The notes under the pieces are model-generated. The model was not told the DNA's origin and did not search any database. It saw only the letters and a list, made by a program, of their open reading frames with translations. Below are positions 1 to 13,373 of a stretch of DNA of 64,000 bases, one piece after another. The stretch is from Malacoraja senta (taxonomy: Eukaryota), in NCBI GenBank assembly GCA_038087875.1, contig CM075997.1, positions 8,248,001 to 8,312,000 on the forward strand, given 5' to 3'. A program made the position numbers and the translations under genes. Position 1 is the stretch's first letter, and the number at the start of each line of letters is the position of its first letter.

Positions 1-3000
1 ACACCATTTATATATTTCTTCAGTAGAGTTTGTTAAGAAGAAGAAGGCAATCTGATCTTTAATAAAATTAACACAATTTAGATCCTGAAGCAAAGTAGTA
101 TTAAATCGCCATTGTTTAGCACTAAACTTGGAATCAGGTAGTTTGATTGATAGTTTCAATGATTCATGATCATAAATAGCAATTGCCTCATACTCACAAT
201 CAGAGACCGATGAAACAAGCCGGGAATCTATTATACAATAGTCAATCCGAGAGTAACGATGATATACATGAGAGACAAAGATAAATTCTTTGTCATTTGG
301 GTGTAGGAATCTCCAGACTACCAACATTCCAGAGTCAAGTAAAACATAAATGATAAAACAAGCGGATTTATTTGGAAGCGCATGATTAGATGCAGATCTG
401 TCCATCGAGGGATTCAGACAACAGTTAAAATCTCCACCCATTATCAAAAGATATTCATTTAGATTAGGAAAGGATGCGATTAACTGTTTAAAAAACTCAG
501 GGTGATCAATACTAGGTGCATAAGCATTTAACATAACTACTTTTGGTTATGAACTAAACCAGTAATCATCAAAAATCTACCATATGTTTCAGAAATTGTT
601 TCATAATGTTTCATAATGTTTCATAAATGAGACTGAAGTATGATAAATCCCCTGGGCCTGATGGTCTGCACCCCAGGGTCCTCAGGGAGGTGGCTCTAGA
701 AATAGTGGATGCATTGGTGATTATTTTCCAATGTTCAATAGATTCAGGATCAGTCCCCGTGGATTGGAGGATAGCTAATGTTATCCCACTTTTCAAGAAA
801 GGAGCGAGAGAGAAAACGGGGAATTACAGACCAGTTAGCCTGACTTCGGTGGTGGGAAAGATGCTGGAGTCGATTATTAAAGAGGTAATAATGGGGCATT
901 TGGATAGCAGTAAATTGATTAGTTCAAGTCAGCATGGATTTATGAAAGGGAAATCATGCTTGACTAATCTTCTGGAATTTTTTGAGGATGTGACAAGTAA
1001 AATGGATGAAGGGGTGCCAGTGGATGTAGTGTATCAGAAAGCCTTTGATAAGGTCCCGCATGGGAGACTGGTGATTAAAATTAGATCACATGGTATTGGG
1101 GGTAGGGTGTTGACATGGATAGAAAATTGGTTGGCGGACCGGAAGCAAAGTTTAGGAGTGAACGGTCCTTTTCAGAATGGCAGGCAGTGGCGAGTGGAGT
1201 TGGGGCCGCAACCGTTTACCATATATATTAATGATTTGGATGAGGGAATTAGGAGCAACACTAGCAAATTTGCGGTTGACACAAAGTTGGGTGGGCGTGT
1301 GAACTGTGAAGAGGGTGTTAGGAGGTTGCAAGGTGACCTGGACAGGTTGCGTGCGTGGGCAGATGCTTGGCAGATGCAGTATAATATAGATAAATGTGAG
1401 GTTATCCAATTTGGCAGCAAAAACAAGGGGGCAGATTATTATCTCAATGGGGTTAGGTTAGGTAAGGGGAAGGTACAGCGAGACCTGGGTGTACTTGTAC
1501 ACATGTCACTAAAAGTTGGCGTGCATGTACAGCAGGCAGTGAAGAAAGCTAATGGAATGTTGGACTTCATAACATGAGGATTTCAGTATAGGAGTAAAGA
1601 GGTTCTTCTGCAGTTGTATAGGGTCTGGTGAGACAACGTCTGGAGTATTGTGTACAGTTTTGCTCTCCTAATTTCAGGAAGGACATCCTTGTGATTGAGG
1701 CAGCGCGGCATAGGTTCACGAGATGGCGGGACTGTCATATGAGGAAAGATTGAAAAGACTAGGCTTGTATTCACTGGAGTTTTGAAGGATGAGGTGGACC
1801 TTATAGAAACATATAAAATTATAAAAGGACTGGACAAGCTGGATGCAGGAAAGATGTTCCCAATGTTGGGCGAGTCCAGAACCAGTGCCCACAGTCTTAG
1901 AATAAAGGGGAGGTCATTTAAGACTGAGGTGAGAAAAAACGTTTTCACCCAGAGAGTTGTGAATTTATGGAATTCCCTGCCACAGAGGGCTGTGGAGGCC
2001 AAATCACTGGATGGATTTAAGAGCGAGTTAGATCGAGCTCTAGGGGCTAGTGGAGTCAAGGGATAAGGGGAGAAGGCGGCAGGCAAGGGTTATTGATAGT
2101 GGACGATCAGCCATGATCATAATGAATGGCGGTGCTGGCTCGAAGGGCCGAATGGCCTCCTACACCTATTTTCTTTGTTTCTATGTTTAACAAACGAGAT
2201 TCAGGAGTCAATAAAAATAGAGACTCCTTTCACTTTCTCCGGTGATTTTGAATGAGACTGCTGTCCTCTCCAAAACTTAAAGAAGCGTTGATTTTCGTCC
2301 TTCCTTACATGATTTTCCTGACAAATATAAACTGAGCATTTAGTCTACGAAGAACTTTAAAAAATGTTTTCCTCTTAATGGCGTGGTTCAAACAGTTAGC
2401 ATTCTGTGAGAGAAAGTTAATAACTTTATCCATATTGCTTGTAAAAATCATCTGGAATTTAAAGGGTCAATTTCGTAGACCATCGTAGTTCATGATACTG
2501 GAAGGAGAAAAATGCGGAGCCGGAAGTTACGACATTTCCAGACATTTTTGTAGTTCTAATACAGCCCAGATAAAAAAACAAAACTTAAAACCAAAAGTCC
2601 CCACCCCATCCACGCAAAGCCCGAAATTGACCAGTAGGCAGTCAGTACGCTACCTAACCCCTCCCCCTAGCCCCGTCTCTCTCTAGTAGCAGCTCGGAAA
2701 GCAGAAGAGAGGTATATTTACCACTCAATAGCCAAAACAAATTGATATTATGGTTCAAAAGTACATGCCAGCTGTGAAAAACAAGAACTGCTTCAAATTG
2801 TTTATCCAAGGAAGGGAAGATAAACCCTTCGAAAGACATTTTGAAAGAGGAAGATCTTAGAAGTGAAAGTATAATACCAACACATTAATATCCCCAAAAC
2901 AAAAAAACAAAAAAATGAATTCAAAATAAATAAGTTAACAGTATCTTAGATAACTTAAAAGTAATGATATGATACCATCATACTAATATTCTAAAAAAAT

Positions 3001-4158
3001 AATAAAACATTACTCATCCGGTTAAATTCTTAGTCATTTACAAAGCGTTGTATTGTCAAATTAGGAGCAATAAATCTCAGATTGTAACACAACCGGCTAT
3101 CGCCAACTCCCCTTCGGAGGGGGGGGGCACATTAATCATTGTCCACCCCCATTCCCATGGATGTCGGGAGCAGTGTATAAACGTCTCAGTAAATTGTAAG
3201 TTCAAGGGATACCGGCAGCATCTTAATAAGCCTCCAGAAACCGGGAAGCGTCTTGCGGATTGTTAAAGAATCGGCTGTTACCATCAGGGAGTCGTATTCG
3301 CAGTCCTGGCTCTGTGGAGCAGAGCAGGGTGTAGCTGCTTCTGAAATAACTCAGTCATTACCTTATAGAAGGGCACTCTTAGTCCCATAATCTCACGGCT
3401 GTAGTCAGGAAGAATCCGAAACATGCATTCTTCAAATTCAACCATGCCCAACTTTTTTGCTGCTCGCAGAGAATTTCCCTTCATCTGCAAAAAGTGAATC
3501 CGAACAATCAGAAGTCTCGGTTTGTCTTTGAAATATGTTTTTTTCCCCAACCCTCTATGCGTTATCCAAAATTGGAAGATTTCCAAACTGCTCAATGTGG
3601 AAAGTCCCCTTTAACATTCTAGATACATCATTTATAGTATTGTCCCCTTCCAGACCTTAAGGCAAACCAACAATTCGCAGATTCAGCCGACAGCTTCTAT
3701 TACCAGGTCCATGTTTTTTAGTCTTGTATTGGTCGAGTGCGCGGGAGTTTTCAATCATTTCCCGTTCCCGTGTTTCAATCTCCGAATCTCTTTCCTGACC
3801 CAAGATTAGCAAGTTAGCAATTTGTTCCTTCTGTTCACGAGAATCATATTGTTACACAATGAGCTTGTCTTGAACTTCCGTCAATTTGCTCCAAACTACT
3901 TTCACCATTTCTTCCAAACTCAGAATCTTCTATTCATTTCTTCACTCATTTTCGATATTACTTCTAAGGTACTGGAACCAGGAGGCGCGCCTTCACCACG
4001 ATCCTGCTTTGGAGAAGTTTGTTTCCTCTTGTATCCATCTTTTGCACGGTTGAAATGTATAATGGTGTTATCAACACTTTAGAAGAGGTTGTTCCGTGTT
4101 TTGAAATCAAGTAAAATTGAAAGAGTGGTAAAAGGGGTTAAATTTAAGGGAGCAAGCG
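1..4158 (-). mobile_element. L1-type LINE (copy a), decayed: 5'UTR, ORF1 (~4038-3200), ORF2 endonuclease (ATG at 2433, running off the window start), interrupted by a CR1 at ~624-2188
   Basis: Minus-strand translation gives APE motifs MDKVINFLSQNANCLNH, NAYAPS, MGGDFNCCLNP, YSRIDY, WRFNTTLL. ORF 3284-3595 (PRLLIVRIH...RILPDYS) resembles the L1 ORF1 C-terminal domain. Confidence 0.85.
624..2188 (+). mobile_element. 5'-truncated CR1 LINE (RT plus 3'UTR) inserted into the L1 endonuclease
   Basis: ORF 627-1577 has [34 protein letters not shown]. The 3'UTR ends in a TTCTATGT-type tail, and the L1 reading frame rejoins across the insertion. Confidence 0.92.
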
Positions 4159-6365
4159 ATATAACCATATAACCATATAACCATATAACCATTACAGCAC
4201 CGAAACAAGCTATCTCGGCTCTTCAAGTCCGTGCCGAACACATATTTTTCCCCTTCTTTTTTCTTTCTCCCCCTAGTCCCATCTACCTGCACTCAGACCA
4301 TAACCCTCCATTCCTTTCCGTCCATATACCCCATCCAATCTATTTTTAAAGGATAAAATTGACCCTGCCTCCACCACTTCCACTGGAAGCTCATTCCACA
4401 CAGCTACCACTCTCTGAGTAAAGAAGTTCCCCCTAATGTTACCCCCTAAACTTCTGTCCCTTAATTCTCAAGTCATGTCCCCTTGTTTGAATCTTCCCTA
4501 CTCTCAATGGGAAACGCTTATCCACGTCAACTCTGTCTAACCCGCTCATCATTTTAAGACCTCGATCAAGTCCCCCCTTAACCTTCTGCACTACAAAGAA
4601 TAAAGAACTAACTTGTTCAACCTTACTCTGTAACTTAGTTGCTGAAACCCAGGCAACATTCTAGTAAATCTCCTCTGTACTCTCTGGATTTTGTTGACAT
4701 CCTTCCTATAATTAGGCGACCAAAATTGTACTCCATACCCCAGAATTGGCCTCACCAATGCCTTGTACATTTTTAACATTACATCCCAACTTCGATATAC
4801 AATGCTCTGATTTATAAAGGTCAGCACACCAAAAGCTTTCTGTACCATCCTGTCTACATGAGATTCCACCTTCAGGGAACTATGCACAGTTATTCCTAGA
4901 TCCCTCTGTTCAACTGCATTCCTCAATTAGCTACCATTTACCATGTACGCCCTATTTTGATTTGTCCTGCCAAGATGTAGCACCACACATTTATCAGCAT
5001 TAAACTCCATCTGCCATCTTTCAGCCCAGTCTTCCAAATGGCCTAATCTCTCTGTATACTTTGAAAATCCACTTCATTATCCACAACACCACCTATCTGA
5101 GTATCATCTGCATAATTACTAATCCAATTTTCCACAGCATCATCCAGATCATTGATGTACATGACAGACAACAGTGACCCAACACAGGCCCCCGAGGCAC
5201 CCCACTAGTCACCGGCCTCCAACCTGACAAACTGCCATCCACCATAACTCTCTGGCATCTCCCATTCAGCCACTGTTGAATCCATCTTGCTACTCCACCA
5301 TTAATACCCAACAATTGAATCTTCTTAACCAACCTTCCATGAGGATCCTTGTCAAAGGCCTTACTGAAGTCCATATAGACAACATCCACTGCTTTACCTT
5401 CATCAATTTCCCTAGTAACCTCTTCGAAAAATTCAAGAAGATTAGTCAAACATGACCTTCCAGGCACAAATCCATGTTGACTGTTCCTAATCAGGCCCTG
5501 CTTATCCAGATGCTTATATATATTATCTCTAAGTATCCTTTCCATTAATTTGTCCACCACTGACGTCAAATTAACATGTCTATGGTTGCTAGGTTTACTC
5601 TTAGAGCCCTTTTTTAAACAACGGAACAACATGCGCAGTACGCCAATCCTCTGGAACTATTCCCGTTTCTAATGACATTTGAAATATTTCTGTCATAGCC
5701 CCTGCTATTTCTACACCAACTTCCCTCAATGTCCGAGGGAATATGCTGTCAGGGCCTGGATACTTATCCGTTTTCCATATTTTTCAAAAGTGTGCACACC
5801 TCCTCTTCTTTGAATCTCATAGTTTCCATTGCTACTCTGCTTGTTTCCCTTACCTCACATAATTCAATATCCTTCTCCTTGGTGAAATACCCAAGAAAAG
5901 AAATTGTTCAATATTCTCCCCCATCTCTTTTGGCTCTGCAGATAGCTGCCCACTCTGACTCTCTAATGGACCAATTGCATTCCTTGTTTTCCTTTTGCTA
6001 TTAATATAGCTGTAGAAACCCTTTGGATTTACTTTCACCTTACTTGCCAAAGCAACCTCATATCTTCTTGTAGCTTTTCTAATTTCCTTCTTAATAGTCT
6101 TTTTACATTCTTTATACTCCTCAAGCACCTCATTTACTCCCTGCAGCCTATAATTATTGTAGATCTCTCTCTTTTTCCGAACCAAGTGTCCAATTTCCCT
6201 TGAAACCCATGGCTCTTTCCAATTTTTACTATTTCCTTTCAAACGAACAGGGATATAAAGATTCTGTACTCTTAAAATGTCACCTTTAAATGTCATCCAT
6301 TTCTTTTCTACATCCTTCCCATAAAAAACATGTGCCAATTCACTCCTTTTAAATTATTTCGCAAC
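4159..6365 (-). mobile_element. CR1 LINE (family with (TATGGTTA)n tail), frameshifted ORF2
   Basis: (ATAACCAT)n tail at 4159-4192. RT fragments in ORFs 4591-4926, 5093-5632 and 5850-6338. Confidence 0.92.
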
Positions 6366-6419
6366 CTTACAGTATGCAATCTTACAGCATGCCGCCACTA
6401 GAGAGACACCCATTTCCAG

Positions 6420-6912
6420 TTTTAACTCCTGCTGCAACTTACACCCTACATCCGGGCTAATATTTGGGGGTCTGTATACAACACCAATTAGTGTCTTCTT
6501 GCCTTCACAATTCCTCAACTCAATCCACAGTGACTCTACCTCGTCTGTCCCTATGTCTTCCCTCGCACGGGACTGAATTCTATTCCTCACCAGAAGAGCT
6601 ACCCCCCCCCCCCTCCTCTGCCCACCTACCTGTCCTTTTTGTAGGATGTAAAACACTGAATATTAAGTTACCACGCCCGATCCTCCTGCAACCTCGTCTG
6701 GGTAATCCCCACAATGTCATATGTACCAACCTCTAACTGAGCCTTAAGCTCATCTACTTTACTGGTTATACTCCGCGCATTCAAATACAATAGTTTTAAT
6801 TCCTTACGCATCTCACCATTCACATCGATCCCCATTATACTTGGCCTTACTCTCCTACCCCCCTTGTAAGCTTTCTTTCCCGTTAATTCTTGGGAGATTA
6901 ACTATCCCTTTA
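6420..6912 (-). mobile_element. CR1 fragment (ORF2 endonuclease N-terminus) of a different subfamily
   Basis: ORF 6354-6656 contains RGGGVALLV, ESLWIELRN, GVVYRPPN. Confidence 0.8.
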
Positions 6913-6914
6913 CT

Positions 6915-7975
6915 GGACTTCCGGTGGCGCTATGGCGACTTAGGACGTGCGCCATTTAGCTCCGCTCCGCTAAAACCTGGAAAACAGCCGAAAATCGCAA
7001 CCGGACAGAAGAAAAATCGCTTACCGGTAGACGTTTACTGTCGCGTATTGTGACGTCATCATAAATCGACCGGTATTTTAAATGACCGGTCGTCGTTACC
7101 CGAGAAGATGCATAAAGTTCCTAAAGTACCAGGGAAGAAACGCCCAGCAGAAAGCGAGGAAGGCCCTGAAGAAGCCTCGAGTTCGAGTATGGAGCACCCC
7201 ACAGAGAAAGCTGCAAGACAACCTCTGGTGGAGGATATCACATCTCTATTGGTTGAGCAACTTGCGGTGTAAAGTCGAAAATTACAGCTAGGAGAGCAGA
7301 AATCTGTAATAAGATCAGTAGGATAGATGCCCGCATAGAGGAGGCGAATTCTTCTTTGAAGGGGGAAATTCACAGGCTCGAAACTGAAATCAGCCGTAAA
7401 TTGGAGCCCATTCTTGCTACTTCAAAAAAACAAAGCGAAGCTATTCGCGAATTGGAATCTGCTACTGCCGAAAATGCTCATAATACACAAAGGCTGACGA
7501 TTGAACTGGAGTGTATTTCTTGGCTACTTGTCAAAGTGACTGAAAAATGTCTTGATTTGGAAGGGCGTTCTAAACGCCAGAACCTAAGGATTGTTGGGGT
7601 GAAAGAAGGAAAGGTACATGGCAACAATCTTCGAGATTTTGCGGCTGAAGTACTGCAAGATGCAGTTAGTCTCGATGAAAAAGCTAAACTGGAGCGGGCG
7701 CACAGAGCTCTGAGAGCCCGGCCAGGCCTTACTGTTCAACCAAGGCAGCTGATTCTGAAGGTACATCACTGCTATGTTTTAGAAGACAACATGAAGGAAG
7801 TTGCCAACAACAGAAATCTAACCTTTGAAGGGGAAAACATACGAATCTTCAGAGACTATCCAGCCGAAGTCGTCAAGAAAAGTGCACTCTTTACCAAGTC
7901 AAGAGCCATTCGAAGGGACATACCAGATCTCAGATTCGGTCTACATAATCCAGCCAAACTGCGAGTAACATATAA
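6915..7975 (+). mobile_element. L1 LINE (copy b): 5' end and ORF1, interrupted by DIRS
   Basis: Starts GGACTTCCGGTGGCG. ORF 7356-8126 has coiled coil, DLEGRSKRQNLRIVGV, LERAHRAL, RIFRDYP, PAKLRVTYN. Confidence 0.88.
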
Positions 7976-8473
7976 TAGCAAGATTAAACGAGAACTTACC
8001 AGTTTGAAGTTTGATCTTTATTTTATGAGGAGTTACGATAAGGGACTACGTGAAGAAGAGCCCGTCCAGCCGCACACGCGTCAATTTTCAAAGCAGCAGT
8101 GTGAAATCACAGATAATAATTACTGAAGTATGATAGTAAGATACATAAAGCCTAGAACTACCAGCTTGACCTTTATGAGGGGTGGGAGCGGAGGACACGT
8201 AGTCCCCCATCGTAACTCCTCATAAACTAAAGATCAAATTTCAAACTGGTAAGTTCTCGTTTAATCTTACTATTTTACTTCGGAGTCAACTACGTGAAGA
8301 TTTCAAAGCTCTGTGATTTCACGCCGTAGATTCAAATCCAGGGGTCTCACTGCATTGATTGACTCTAAATCAGTAAAGCAATCAACAATGCATAACTACA
8401 ACATAGATGCAATCAGTTAATGGTTTATTTATCACAAACAATAGTAACCCCTTTATCACAAGGGGGGGGGGAC

Positions 8474-9560
8474 TTAATACTGAATCCAAAACAGCACTAC
8501 CAAATAACGCAGGATCTGTAATCTCCTTATGGTAATATTTGTGAAACACCCGTTCACTGCCCATCCTGCGACCGCGAGGATAAGGTATATTGGAACGTCC
8601 AATTCCTTGGCCGCCGATGTTGATGCCGCCCTGGTGGAATGAGATTTAAATGTGTCAGTATCAATACCTGCATCAACCAACACCTGCTTCAGCCATCTTG
8701 AAATTGTCTGTACCGACACTTTCTTATGCGGTTTTTTATAGCTGATAAAGAATGCTGATTCTGAACCTCTTAAGGTTCTGGTGGCTTCAATGTAACATCG
8801 TAGGTACACAAAAATGCTGGATAAACTCAGCGGGTGCAGCAGCATCTATGGAGCGAAGGAAATAGGCAACGTTTCGGGCCGAAACCCATCTTCAGACTGT
8901 AACATCGTAAATGTGCTCCTACACATTAACGTGGATACGTAGGATATGCTGAAAAAAACCAACTTACATCCTGTGTCCAGGTCTACTCTGTTTAAGCAAA
9001 TTATAGACATAGAATGTAATGGCATCTGCTGCCATTTTCATCCTGTCTATTCGTAATGTCTGCAATGTTTGCACTCTCTGTGCTGAAACTAGTGCAATAA
9101 GTATGACTAACTGCATGGTAATTTTGGCCAATGACAGAGCTTCAATAGGAGTCCATTCGCGAAGGAGCATTAGCACATCTCTTACATTCCAGATTTTTTG
9201 AATACCTGGGTCTAGGAGGCGTGGAATTTAAAATCCCTTCATAAACCTACAGACCCAAGGGTGTGATCCTACAGGCTTTTGTTCTGATTCCCTGCATATA
9301 TATGCAGAAAGAGCACTCCTTGCAGTATTGATCGCACTATAGCTTAACTGTAAATCTAAATAAAGGGTTGACAGAAACTCTAACACGTCTGAGATGTATG
9401 CAGTGTGATATGTAATATTCTGTTGTAAACAAAACATCTCCCATTTCCTTATGTAAGAAATGTACTGCTTCTGGGTACTATTCCTCCAGGCTGCCGCAAT
9501 AACATCCACAGTACGATCTGATAGTCCTCTTCCAAGATATGGCCTCCTTAGAATCTGCAA
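8474..9560 (-). pseudogene. DIRS tyrosine recombinase (fragmented)
   Basis: WRNSTQKQY, YSAINTARSALS, LVSAQRVQTL (catalytic R), FKSHSTRAAS (HxxR), AGW. Confidence 0.88.
8803..8897 (-). mobile_element. 95-bp Penelope-like terminal fragment with minimal hammerhead motif and 12-bp TSD
   Basis: TGTAACATCGTA at 8791-8802 and 8898-8909; the second DIRS copy has a single copy (~63427-63438). Minus strand reads GTCTGAAGATGGGTTTCGGCCCGAAACGTTG. Confidence 0.85.
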
Positions 9561-9632
9561 ATCAACAAATCAATACGATCATGCAAAGGATGCGAATCAC
9601 CAGTTACAGGGTGCACAAGCAGGTTTTCCTGT

Positions 9633-10136
9633 TTAGGAATAATCATAAGGGGCTATGTGATCATTTTTTAACACCAGAGGGTACCACGGTTGTGTAGGCC
9701 AGTCTGGTACCACCAAAACCCCTGAAACAGAATCCTGTTTGATCTTCTGTATACACCGATTAATGAGGTAAAATGGAGGAAATGCATACAGAAACATACT
9801 ACCCCAATGCAGCGAGAAAGCATCCACCGCTTCTACACCAGGATCAGGTTCCCATGACACATATTTAGGTAATTGGTGGTTAAATCTGAATGCAAACAAG
9901 TCAATCTCTGGCATGCCGAACCGTGCAACAATTTTATTAAATTTTTCACGATCCAACATCCATTCTGTATTGTCATTGATTTTACGTGACCTTGTGTCTG
10001 CAACTATGTTGAATCTACCTGGTATGTAGATTGCCGAAAGCCAAATGTTTCTGGTTATAAACCAGGTCCAGATCACCTTTGCCAATCTATCACAAGATTC
10101 TGACTTGATACCACCCATGTGATTAACATACGCTAC
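9633..10136 (-). pseudogene. DIRS RNase H C-terminus and Dam-like methyltransferase domain
   Basis: AYVNHMGG, YIPGRFNIVADTRSR, IDLFA, DAFSLHW..LYAFPPF, VPDWPTQPWYP. Confidence 0.88.
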
Positions 10137-13100
10137 ATAGATACATAGATACATATAAAATAGGTGCAGGAGTACGCAATTCGGCCCTTCGAGCCTGCAC
10201 CGCCATTCAATATGATCATGGCTGATCATCCAACTCAGTATCCCGTACCTGCCTTCTCTCCATACCCACTGATCCCTTTAGCCACAAGGGCCACGTCTAA
10301 CTCCCTCTTAAATATAGCCAATGAACTGGCCTCAACTACCCTCTGTGGCAGAGAGTTCCAGAGATCCACCACTCTCTGTGTGAAAATGTTTTTCCTCATC
10401 TCGGTCAAAAAGGATTTCCCCCTTATCCTTAAGCTGTGACACCTTGTCCTGGACTTCCCCAACATCGGGAACAATCTTCCTGCATCTAGCCTGTCCAACC
10501 CCATAAGAATTTTGTACGTTTCTATAAGATCCCCTCTCAATCTCCTAAATTCTAGCGAGTATAAGCGAAGTCTATCCAGTCTTTCTTCATATGAAAGTTC
10601 TGACATCCCAGGAATCAGTCTGGTGAACCTTCTCTGCACTCCCTCTATGGCTATAATGTCCTTCCTCAGATTTGGAGACCAAAACTGTACGCAATACTCC
10701 AGGTGTGGTCTCACCAAGACCCTGTACAACTGCAGTAGAACCTCCCTGCTCCTATACTCAAATCATTTTGCTATGAAAGCCAACATACCATTCGCTTTCT
10801 TAACTGCCTGCTGCACCTGCATGCCTACTTTCAATGACTGGTGTACCATGACACCCAGGTCTCGCTGCATCTCCCCATTTCCTAATCGGCCACCATTTAG
10901 ATAATAGTCTGCCTTCCCGTTTTTGCCAGCAAAGTGGATAACCTCACATTTATCCACATTATACTGCATATGCCAAACATTTGCCCACTCACCCAGCCTA
11001 TCCAAGTCACCTTGCAGTCTCCTAGCATCCTCCTCACAGCTAACACTGCCCCCCAGCTTAGTGTCATCCGCAAACTTGGAGATGTTTGCTTTCAATTCCC
11101 TCATCCAGGATCATTAATATAAATTGTAAATAGCTGGGTTCCCAGCACTGAGCCTTGCGGTACCCACTAGTCACTGCTGCCATTGTGAAAAGGACCCGTT
11201 TACTCCTACTCTTTGCTTCCTGTTTGCCAGCCAGTTCTCTATCCACATCAATACTGAACCCCCTATACCGTGTGATTTAAGTTTGTATCCTAATCTCTTA
11301 TGTGGTACCTTGTCGAAAGCCTTCTGAAAGTCCAGATACAACATATCCACTGGTTCTCCCCTATCCACTCTACTAGTTACATCCTCGAAAATTCTATAAG
11401 ATTCGTCAGACACGATTTACCTTTCGTAAATCCATGCTGACTTTGTCCAATGATTTCACCACTTTCCAAATGTGCTGCTATCCCATCTTTAATAACTGAC
11501 TCTAGCAGTTTCCCCACTACCGATGTTAGACTAACTGGTCTGTAATTCCCCGTTTTCTCTCTCCCTCCCTTCTTAAAAGTGGGGTTACGTTTGCTACCCT
11601 CCAATCCTCAGGAACTACTCCAGAATCTAAAGAGTTTTGAAAATTATCACTAATGCATACACTATTTCTGGAGCTACTTCCTTAAGTACGCTGGGATGCA
11701 GCCTATCTGGCCCTAGTGATTTATCGGCCTTTAATCCATTCAATTTACCCAACACCACTTCCCGACTAACCTGGATTTCACTCATTTCCTCCATCTCCTT
11801 TGACCCGCGGCCCCCTGCTATTTCGGGCAGATTATTTATGTCTTCCTTAGTGAAGACGGAACCAAAGTAGTTATTCAATTGGTCCACCATATCCTTGTTC
11901 CCCATGATCAATTCACCTGTTTCTGACTGCAAGGGACCTACATTTGTTTTAACTAATCTCTTTCTCTTCACATACCTATAAAAACGTTTGCAGTCAGTTT
12001 TATGTTCCCTGCCAGTTTTCTTTCATAATCTATTTTCCCTTTCCTAATTAAGCCCTTTGTCCTCCTCTGCTGGTCTCTGAATTCTCCCAGTCCTCTGGTG
12101 TGCTGCTTTTTCTGGCTAATTTGTACGCACCATCTTTTGCTTTGATACTATCCCTGATTTCCATTGTTATCCACGGATGCACTAACTTCCCTGTTTTATT
12201 CTTTTGCCAAACTGGGATGAACAATTTTTTGCAGTTCATCCATGCAGTCTTTAAATGCCTTCCATTGCATATCCACCGTCAACCCTTTTAGAACTAATTG
12301 CCAGTCAATCTTGGCCAATTCACGCCTCATACACTCAAAGTTACCTTTCTTTAAGTTCAGAACCGTTGTTTCTGAATTAACAATGTCACTCTCCATCCTA
12401 CTGAAGAACTCAACCATATTATGGTCACTATTGCCCAAGGGGGCACGCACAACAAGACTGCTAACTAACGCTTCCTCATTACTCAATACCCAGTCTAGAA
12501 TAGCCTGCTCTCTCGTTGGTTCCTCTACATGTTGATTTAGATAACTATCCCGCAAACATTCCAAGAAATCCTCTTCCTCAGCACCATTGCCAATTTGATT
12601 CACCCAATCTATATGTAGATTGAAGTCACCCATTATAACTGTTTGCCTTTGTTGCACGCATTTCTAGTTTCCTGTTTGATGCCATCCCCAACTTCACTAC
12701 CACTGGTAGGTGGCCTGTACACAACACCCACCAGCGTTTTCTGCCCCTTAGTGTTTCGCAGCTCTACCCATACCGATTCCACATCCTCCAAGCCAATGTC
12801 CTTCCTTTCCACTGCGTTAATCTCCTCTCTAACCAGCAACGCTACCCCACTTCCTTTTCCTTTATCTCTATCCCTCCTGAATATTGAATATCCCTGGATG
12901 TTCAGCTCCCAGCCTTGGTCACCCTGGAGCCATGTCTCCGTGATCCCAACTATATCATAATCATTAATAGCTATCTGCACGTTCAACTCCTCCACCTTAT
13001 TACGAATGCTCCTTGCATTGAGACACAAAGCCTTCAGGCTTGTTTTTACAACGATCTTACCCCTTATACAATTATGTTGAAAAGTTGCCCTTTTTGATTT

Positions 13101-13373
13101 TTGCGCTGGATTTGTCTGCCTGCCACTTTTACTTTTCACCTTGCTACCTTGCTACCTATTGTTTCCGCCCGCATGTTACACCCTCTGTTTCTCTGCTCAC
13201 CCATTTAAGAACCCCACCACCTCTTATTCTCTGTTTATTATTGTTTTCTTCTTTCCCCCCTACATGTTGGGTCTGAGTGCTTTCCTTCTCTGCCTCCTGG
13301 CTCACACACTGTCTAATAGCTTTCTCTATTTGAGTCCCTCCCCCCAACCATTCTAGTTTAAAGTCTCCCCAGT
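10137..13373 (-). mobile_element. CR1 LINE, nearly complete ORF2 (EN+RT, frameshifted), nested in DIRS RNase H
   Basis: ORFs 12633-13139 (CLNARSIRNK, GITETWL), 12196-12657 (MGDFN, SDHN), 10763-11104 (KFADDTK). (ATAGATAC)n tail. Host IENTTA|VAYVN rejoins across it. Confidence 0.93.

Noticed and set aside
8474..10136. Phage integrase and Dam methylase as prophage or horizontal transfer
   Set aside because: Both are standard DIRS1 domains and lie within the DIRS termini.
10512..12960. Recurrent antisense ORFs over CR1 copies
   Set aside because: Shadow frames repeated only because the CR1 copies are homologous; no independent coding evidence.
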